Shown here piece after piece: positions 58,736-64,000 of a DNA stretch of 64,000 bases. A program made the position numbers and the translations under genes. Numbering within the stretch: the stretch's first letter is position 1; every line of letters begins with the position of its first letter. Origin of the DNA: Deltaproteobacteria bacterium (GTDB taxonomy: Bacteria > Myxococcota > Kuafuiibacteriia > Kuafuiibacteriales > Kuafuiibacteriaceae); assembly GCA_040218735.1 (NCBI GenBank), contig JAVJQW010000008.1, positions 256,001-320,000 of the forward strand, given 5' to 3'. The notes below the pieces were generated by a model. That model saw nothing but the letters and a program-made list of their open reading frames with translations. It searched no databases and was not told the origin of the DNA.

Positions 58736-60256
58736 TCAGTCCTGCATGTCGCCGGGGGCTTCGCCGTAGACCGTGAGCAGCACGGCATCGAACGCCGCCT
58801 CGCCTTGCTCCTGTCGCGCGACGGCGTAGGTGTTCGTCTGGAGGTCGTACTCGCCACCGAGCGCGTACGTGTCGGGATCCAGGATGTAGCCGGTCACCGC
58901 GTCGGTCTCGATCTCTTCCACGTCGTCGCTGCTCCGCACCGCGAACGTGTAGCCATCGACCACGTTCTCGAACGTCACGACCGTCCCCGCGTCGAGGGTG
59001 TCGGTGACGACGCCGTCGTCGGTCAGGTACGTGATCGGTTGGTCTTCCTGGAGCGTGTACTCACCCGTCGCGACATAGTCGGGGTTCGTGAAGAAGATCA
59101 GCCGGTGCGACAGCTCGTGTGTCGCGAGCTGAAGGGGCGTGAAGGCCGGGTCGAGACCGGGCTCGAGATCCAAGCGCCCCGAGCTGTAGAACGCCGAGTT
59201 CGACATCGTGATGGTGGAGCCGCTGATGTACGCGAAGGCCCCCTCGTAGGTGGGGCCGTTGTAGCGGTTGAACGTGAGCGTGCCCGTCGTGTCCCCGGTG
59301 TTGTTCGGGTTGTTGACCCACAGGTCCCGGAAGACCTGATCGGGGCTGTCCACGTCGTAGCCGAGCTCCAGCGCGCGGTCGTACGCCTCCGCCGCGGACG
59401 CCATGACCGCGCCGTAGACGACCTCGATCTCGTCGGGCGTCCACGGAATCGTCGACCCGACTACCTGTCCGAACTCGTTTTCGATCGCGGTCGTGTTCGG
59501 GTTCGAGTCGACGTAGTTGCCGGCGTCGTCGAGCACCGGTTCACCTTTGTCGTTGAGTGTCGGCAGCGCGCCCGTCGTGCCCAGCTCGACGCCGTACGCG
59601 TCCAGCGTCTCGACCATGGCCAGCGTCTCGGTCAGCTCGTCGACGTCGCTCGGCAGGATCGGTCGATACCTCGGCCTCCCACCGCTGCGGACCTCCCCGT
59701 CGACGGGCATCTGCACGTCGATGCCGTACTCCTCGAGGAGCGTCTGCTGCGCTTGGGCGGCGACGATCATGTCGGCCGCGATCGCTTCGTCCTCGAGCGG
59801 CGTGCCGTCGGCGTTGAAGAACGCGATGTGGTTGTTGTCGATCCAGTCGATGTCGACGTTGTCGATGACGTCGCTGCGCACCCAACCGTCGACCGTCTCC
59901 CCGCCGCTCTCGTACTGCACGGCGTACCAGAGGTGACCGTCTTCGTCGGGGACCACGGTCTGTCCGGTGACGGTGACGTCACCGGCGAACGGCGTGGCGT
60001 CGCCCGAGAGGCTCGGGTCGGAGCGGATGTTGGCGTTCACCGTGGCCGTGCCGGTTCCGTACTCCGGCTCTTCGACGTCGTCCTCGTCCGAACACTGGTC
60101 GGCCGGCACGGTCTCGATGACCAGCACCTGAACCGTCTCGACGTCGGGGACGAGGGTGATCGTCGTCGTGACGTCGCCGGTGGTTTCGTCGATGGAGGTG
60201 TTGATCTCCGGTCGGAGGGTCGGCCGGTCGACGAACGTCGTCGTGGTGCAAGTCAT
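58736..60256 (-). CDS. acidic SH3b-like + HExxH protein, paralog 1
   Basis: ANIRSDPS...WYAVQY...GWVRSDVI (bacterial SH3-like); LATHELSHRL; EIETDAV. Confidence 0.78.
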   Translation of the reverse strand: MTCTTTTFVDRPTLRPEINTSIDETTGDVTTTITLVPDVETVQVLVIETVPADQCSDEDDVEEPEYGTGTATVNANIRSDPSLSGDATPFAGDVTVTGQTVVPDEDGHLWYAVQYESGGETVDGWVRSDVIDNVDIDWIDNNHIAFFNADGTPLEDEAIAADMIVAAQAQQTLLEEYGIDVQMPVDGEVRSGGRPRYRPILPSDVDELTETLAMVETLDAYGVELGTTGALPTLNDKGEPVLDDAGNYVDSNPNTTAIENEFGQVVGSTIPWTPDEIEVVYGAVMASAAEAYDRALELGYDVDSPDQVFRDLWVNNPNNTGDTTGTLTFNRYNGPTYEGAFAYISGSTITMSNSAFYSSGRLDLEPGLDPAFTPLQLATHELSHRLIFFTNPDYVATGEYTLQEDQPITYLTDDGVVTDTLDAGTVVTFENVVDGYTFAVRSSDDVEEIETDAVTGYILDPDTYALGGEYDLQTNTYAVARQEQGEAAFDAVLLTVYGEAPGDMQD

Positions 60257-60268
60257 GCCCCGAACAAC

Positions 60269-60285
60269 AGCAAGGCGAGTGCCAG
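60269..60285 (-). promoter_or_regulatory. sigma54 (-24/-12) promoter
   Basis: Minus strand reads CTGGCACTCGCCTTGCT, matching TGGCAC-N5-TTGCW; it ends 12 nt before the ATG at 60256. Confidence 0.75.
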
Positions 60286-60374
60286 CGTTCAGGGGTCTTC
60301 AGGTGGGTCGAGTCGTGGGCACTCGGCGTCCGCTTGCACTCGAACGGGTGCGGGCGATCGGCCGAGTGACCACG

Positions 60375-60926
60375 CTACATCTTGCGGAGCTCGAGGCCGG
60401 TCGCCGACAGGCTGACCGTGCGCTCGGTCTTGCCGTCCTTCTCGGTCTCCTTCACGGAGACCTTGCCTTCGACCGTCGCCCACATGCCTTCGGAGAAGTC
60501 CGGCACGAGGATCTTGCAGCTCGGCGCCGCGACCTTGATGGCCTGCGAGCCCTCCGCGATCTTGAACGAGCAGCCGTTCGACGACGCCTCGGTGACCTTG
60601 CCGGTGATCTTCATCGGCTGGCCGTCGATCTCCGACGCCTTCGAGAACGCGATCGCAACGGAGACTTGCTCCTTCGCGGACAGTTTGTCGCCGCGGCGGA
60701 CGATGCCGTCCTCATCGACCTTGTTGCGGATCGCCTTGATCTCCTCCGGCGACTTCTTCGGAGGGGCCTTCTTCTCGGGCGCCTCCTTCTTGGGCTCCGG
60801 CGCCTTCATCGCCGCCTCTTTCTTGGCGGGCGCGGGCTCGGTCTTCTTTTCGGCGCAGCCGCCGCAGCCCGCGAGGAAGGCGAGCAAGAGCGACGAAGCG
60901 ACGGTACGGGCAGAGTGCTTGTTCAT
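60375..60926 (-). CDS. lipoprotein with an OB-fold (DUF4920-like) domain
   Basis: Lipobox LAGC; Lys/Pro linker; MKITGKVTE...GCSF...ATVEGKV...LSATGLEL. Confidence 0.7.
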   Translation of the reverse strand: MNKHSARTVASSLLLAFLAGCGGCAEKKTEPAPAKKEAAMKAPEPKKEAPEKKAPPKKSPEEIKAIRNKVDEDGIVRRGDKLSAKEQVSVAIAFSKASEIDGQPMKITGKVTEASSNGCSFKIAEGSQAIKVAAPSCKILVPDFSEGMWATVEGKVSVKETEKDGKTERTVSLSATGLELRKM

Positions 60927-61025
60927 GGGCGCCGGCCATAGCCCGAGAGCCCCCGCCAGACCACTACGTTTCGTGCTTTCGTCGTTGCGGTGGACGCGCC
61001 GCCGCCCTAACGTCTGCGGCTCCAA

Positions 61026-62234
61026 ATGGGACAGATCGAAGCGAAGAAGATCATCGTTGCGTACTCCGGCGGTCTCGACACGTCGGTGATCATCACGTGG
61101 CTGAAAGAAGAGACGGGTGCGGACGTCGTCGCGTTCACGGCGGACGTCGGTCAGGGCGAGGAGCTCGCGCCTCTGGATGAGAAAGCGAAGAAGACGGGCG
61201 CGTCGAAGCTGATCGTCGAAGATCTTCGCGAAGAGTTCGTGCGCGATTTCGTGTTCCCCGCGCTGCGCGCCAACGCCGTATACGAGGGGACGTATCTGCT
61301 CGGGACGTCGCTCGCGCGCCCGCTGATCGGCAAGTACCTCGTCCACCACGCCAAGGCGGAGGGCGCCGACGCCATCTGTCACGGCGCGACCGGCAAGGGG
61401 AACGATCAGGTGCGCTTCGAGCTGACGGCGTACGCGCTGCACCCGGAGATCAAGGTCATCGCGCCGTGGCGCACGTGGGCGATGAAGGGCCGCTCGGATC
61501 TGATCGAGTACTGCGAGAAGCGTGGCATCGAGATCACGGCGACGAAGGAGAAGCCGTACTCGATGGACCGCAACCTGTTCCACATCTCGTTCGAGGGCGG
61601 AATCCTCGAGGACCCGTGGATGGAGCCGAACGACGACATGTTCGTGTTGTCGGTGTCGCCGGAGAAGGCGCCGGACGAGCCGGAGTACGTGGAGATCGAC
61701 TTCGAGCGCGGCAACCCGGTCGCGGTGAACGGCGATCGGCTCGGCCCGGTGGACCTGCTTACGAAGCTCAACACGCTCGGCGGCAAACACGGCGTCGGTC
61801 GCGTCGACATCGTCGAGAACCGCTACGTCGGGATGAAGTCGCGCGGCGTCTACGAGACGCCCGGCGGGACGATCCTTCACGTCGCGCACCGCGGCGTCGA
61901 GCAACTCACGATGGACCGCGAGGTGATGAACCTGCGCGACTCGCTCATCCCGCGCTACGCGCAGCTCGTCTACAACGGCTACTGGTACGCGCCGGAGCGC
62001 GAGGCGCTGCAGGGCATGATCGACCAGTCGCAGGAGAAGGTCACCGGCACCGCGCGCATCAAGCTGTACAAGGGCAACGCGACGCTCGTCGGTCGCAAGG
62101 CTTCGGTGTCGCTCTACTCGACGGCGCACGCGTCGTTCGAGGCGGAGGACGTCTACAACCAGGCGGACGCCGACGGCTTCATCAAGCTCAACGCGCTTCG
62201 CCTCCGCCTCCGCGCGCAGCAGCTCGTCGATTGA
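61026..62234 (+). CDS. argG: argininosuccinate synthase
   Basis: [57 protein letters not shown]. Confidence 0.98.
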   Translation: MGQIEAKKIIVAYSGGLDTSVIITWLKEETGADVVAFTADVGQGEELAPLDEKAKKTGASKLIVEDLREEFVRDFVFPALRANAVYEGTYLLGTSLARPLIGKYLVHHAKAEGADAICHGATGKGNDQVRFELTAYALHPEIKVIAPWRTWAMKGRSDLIEYCEKRGIEITATKEKPYSMDRNLFHISFEGGILEDPWMEPNDDMFVLSVSPEKAPDEPEYVEIDFERGNPVAVNGDRLGPVDLLTKLNTLGGKHGVGRVDIVENRYVGMKSRGVYETPGGTILHVAHRGVEQLTMDREVMNLRDSLIPRYAQLVYNGYWYAPEREALQGMIDQSQEKVTGTARIKLYKGNATLVGRKASVSLYSTAHASFEAEDVYNQADADGFIKLNALRLRLRAQQLVD

Positions 62235-62238
62235 ATCG

Positions 62239-63021
62239 ATGTCCGAGCGGGACCACTACGGTGACGGCGTTTGGTACGACGCCGAGTACGTCCACATCCG
62301 CTCGGACATCCCGTACTACGAACAAGTCGCGCGCGAGACCGACGGCTCGATCCTCGAGCTCGCGTGCGGCACAGGTCGGCTGACCTTCCCGATGGTCGGC
62401 GCGGGCGCGAAGGCGCTCGGCGTCGATCTCGCGCCCTCGATGATCCAGCGCGCGCTCGAAAAACGCGCGGCGCTCCCGCCGGAGGGGCAGTCACGGATCG
62501 CTTTCCGCGTCGGTGACATGCGGACGATTCGGCTCAACAAGAAGTTCGACGCGGTGGTGCTCGGCTTCAACACCCTCATGCACATGACGGAGGACGACCA
62601 CCTCCTCGCCGCGTTGAACACCGCCCACGCGCACCTCGAGGACGACGGTCGGTTCCACTTCGATCTGCACACGCCGTTTCCGTCGCTCCCGGACCGCGAC
62701 CCGAACGGGCGCTACGACCCGCAGCAGATGATCGATCCGCGCACCGGCGACCGGTACATCGTGAGCGAGAACCACGCGTACGACGCGCGCCGGCAGATCA
62801 ACGTGATGTCGTTCTACTACCGGCGCGCCAACGAGCAGGGGGAGCCGGTCGGCCCCGAGACCCGCGCCGAGCTCGCGCTGCGCGTGCTCTTCCCGCGCGA
62901 GCTCGACTACTTCCTGCGCGTGGCCGGGTTCGAGGTGGTGGGGGACTACGACGACTTCGAGCGCACCGCGCCCTTCTCGGGGCGCGGTGGTCGCCGCGTC
63001 GTCATCGCCAAGAAGGCCTAA
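62239..63021 (+). CDS. class I SAM-dependent methyltransferase
   Basis: ILELACGTGR, GVDLAPSMI, VGDMR, FDAV. Confidence 0.9.
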   Translation: MSERDHYGDGVWYDAEYVHIRSDIPYYEQVARETDGSILELACGTGRLTFPMVGAGAKALGVDLAPSMIQRALEKRAALPPEGQSRIAFRVGDMRTIRLNKKFDAVVLGFNTLMHMTEDDHLLAALNTAHAHLEDDGRFHFDLHTPFPSLPDRDPNGRYDPQQMIDPRTGDRYIVSENHAYDARRQINVMSFYYRRANEQGEPVGPETRAELALRVLFPRELDYFLRVAGFEVVGDYDDFERTAPFSGRGGRRVVIAKKA

Positions 63022-64000
63022 CGCCGCTTCGCGGAGCGGCCGCGGGAGACGCTCTTGCTCGAGCGCGAGGACGACTTGGACGTCCGGCTCGAAGACTTCG
63101 AGCTGCTCTTGCTCGCCGGTCGCGAGTACGACTTCGACGACGACTTGAAGCTCGGGGTCGAGGCGCGCCGGGGCGCCGATACGGACCGCTTCGGAGACGA
63201 ACGTCGCACCGAGGGCGTCGTGCGCGCGCGCGACGGGACGAGCTTGCGCGAGCGGGTCTTCGGCGCGCTCACCGGTCGTGACGACGAACGCGAAGGCGTG
63301 AACGAAGAGCGCGACGGGGCGCTGCGCTTACGCGACGGCGCGAACGAAGAACGCGACGGCGCGCTGCTCGCACGCGACGGCGTGAACGACGAGCGCGGGG
63401 TCTTCCGAGCGGGCGCGTTCGATCGGGTCGAAGCGCCGACGTCGGGCCTCGTCTTCGGCGCGACGCGGCCGAGGCGCTCGTTCCGCTCCTTCACGATCGG
63501 CGCGCGCGGCGCCGGTCGTCGGATCGTGCCGAGGTCCACCGAGCGTGAGCGACCGTTGTGCGCGGGGCGCTTCACGGCGGGTGACCTCGAGCGCGACTTC
63601 ACGACGGGCGTGTGGGCCTTCGTCGCGGAGCGCGCGCGACCGTCGCCGGCGGGCCGTGCGCGAGCGCCATTGCCGTCGGCGGGGCGAGCGCGCGTCGCGT
63701 TCGCGGGCGCCGGATAGTGTCGGCGCGCCACGTGGCCTCGGCGCCGCGGGCCGGCGACGTAACGTCGGAACGCGCGCCGTCCGGCGAACGCGTTGCGGCG
63801 GGCGTAACACCACGAGCTCGGGTAGAAGCCGAGGGACCAGCCGCCGCCGACCCAGATCGAGCTGGGCGGGAGCGGAGCCCACCCGACGTAGCCGGCGTCG
63901 TAGCTCCACGCGACCCACGCGGGGCCCCACTCGGAGCCCGGCACCCAGACCCAGCCGTACACCGGGTCGTACGCCCAGCGCCCGTAGTGGAACGCGGCCC
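63018..64000 (-). CDS. DUF6600-like protein, 3' part (5' end outside the window), with a Ser/Arg-rich tail
   Basis: FHYGRWAYDPVYGWVWVPGSEWGPAWVAW...GWAPLPP; 14-aa repeats SAPSRSSF[TA]PSR. Confidence 0.8.
   Translation of the reverse strand, partial: AAFHYGRWAYDPVYGWVWVPGSEWGPAWVAWSYDAGYVGWAPLPPSSIWVGGGWSLGFYPSSWCYARRNAFAGRRAFRRYVAGPRRRGHVARRHYPAPANATRARPADGNGARARPAGDGRARSATKAHTPVVKSRSRSPAVKRPAHNGRSRSVDLGTIRRPAPRAPIVKERNERLGRVAPKTRPDVGASTRSNAPARKTPRSSFTPSRASSAPSRSSFAPSRKRSAPSRSSFTPSRSSSRPVSAPKTRSRKLVPSRARTTPSVRRSSPKRSVSAPRRASTPSFKSSSKSYSRPASKSSSKSSSRTSKSSSRSSKSVSRGRSAKRR

Noticed and set aside
60318-60350. GCACTC...GGTGC resembling a CIRCE (HrcA) element
   Set aside because: Spacing is not 9 nt, the TTA/TAA flanks are missing and no chaperone gene is adjacent

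Overview
Very GC-rich, gene-dense bacterial DNA (roughly 70% GC by eye). The gene content (Ser/Thr kinases, giant TPR protein, DUF4388 protein, Cys-rich lipoproteins, coaBC-udg linkage) suggests a myxobacterium or another deltaproteobacterium; this is an inference. About 45 CDSs tile the window. No rRNA, tRNA, CRISPR array or transposase was recognised. Recognisable housekeeping genes: dgt, coaBC, family-4 UDG, uppP, HU, KamA, a ClpA/C-type ATPase, a HelD-like helicase and argG. The most striking unexplained features are: (1) a tightly coupled minus-strand unit at 12747-19205 encoding a Ser/Thr kinase, a repeat lipoprotein, a CxCH cytochrome-like lipoprotein, a monoheme cytochrome c lipoprotein, an outer-membrane beta-barrel that itself carries a CxxCH motif, and an NTT-like transporter; (2) a PilB/GspE ATPase fused to an intact cyclic-nucleotide-binding domain; (3) a sigma54-preceded tandem pair of acidic, signal-less gluzincin-like paralogs; (4) a LinE/PcpA-like hydroquinone dioxygenase module; (5) Arg/Asp/Gly tandem repeats inserted into UDG and into a KH-less Jag protein. 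All calls come from reading motifs by eye; no database search was run.
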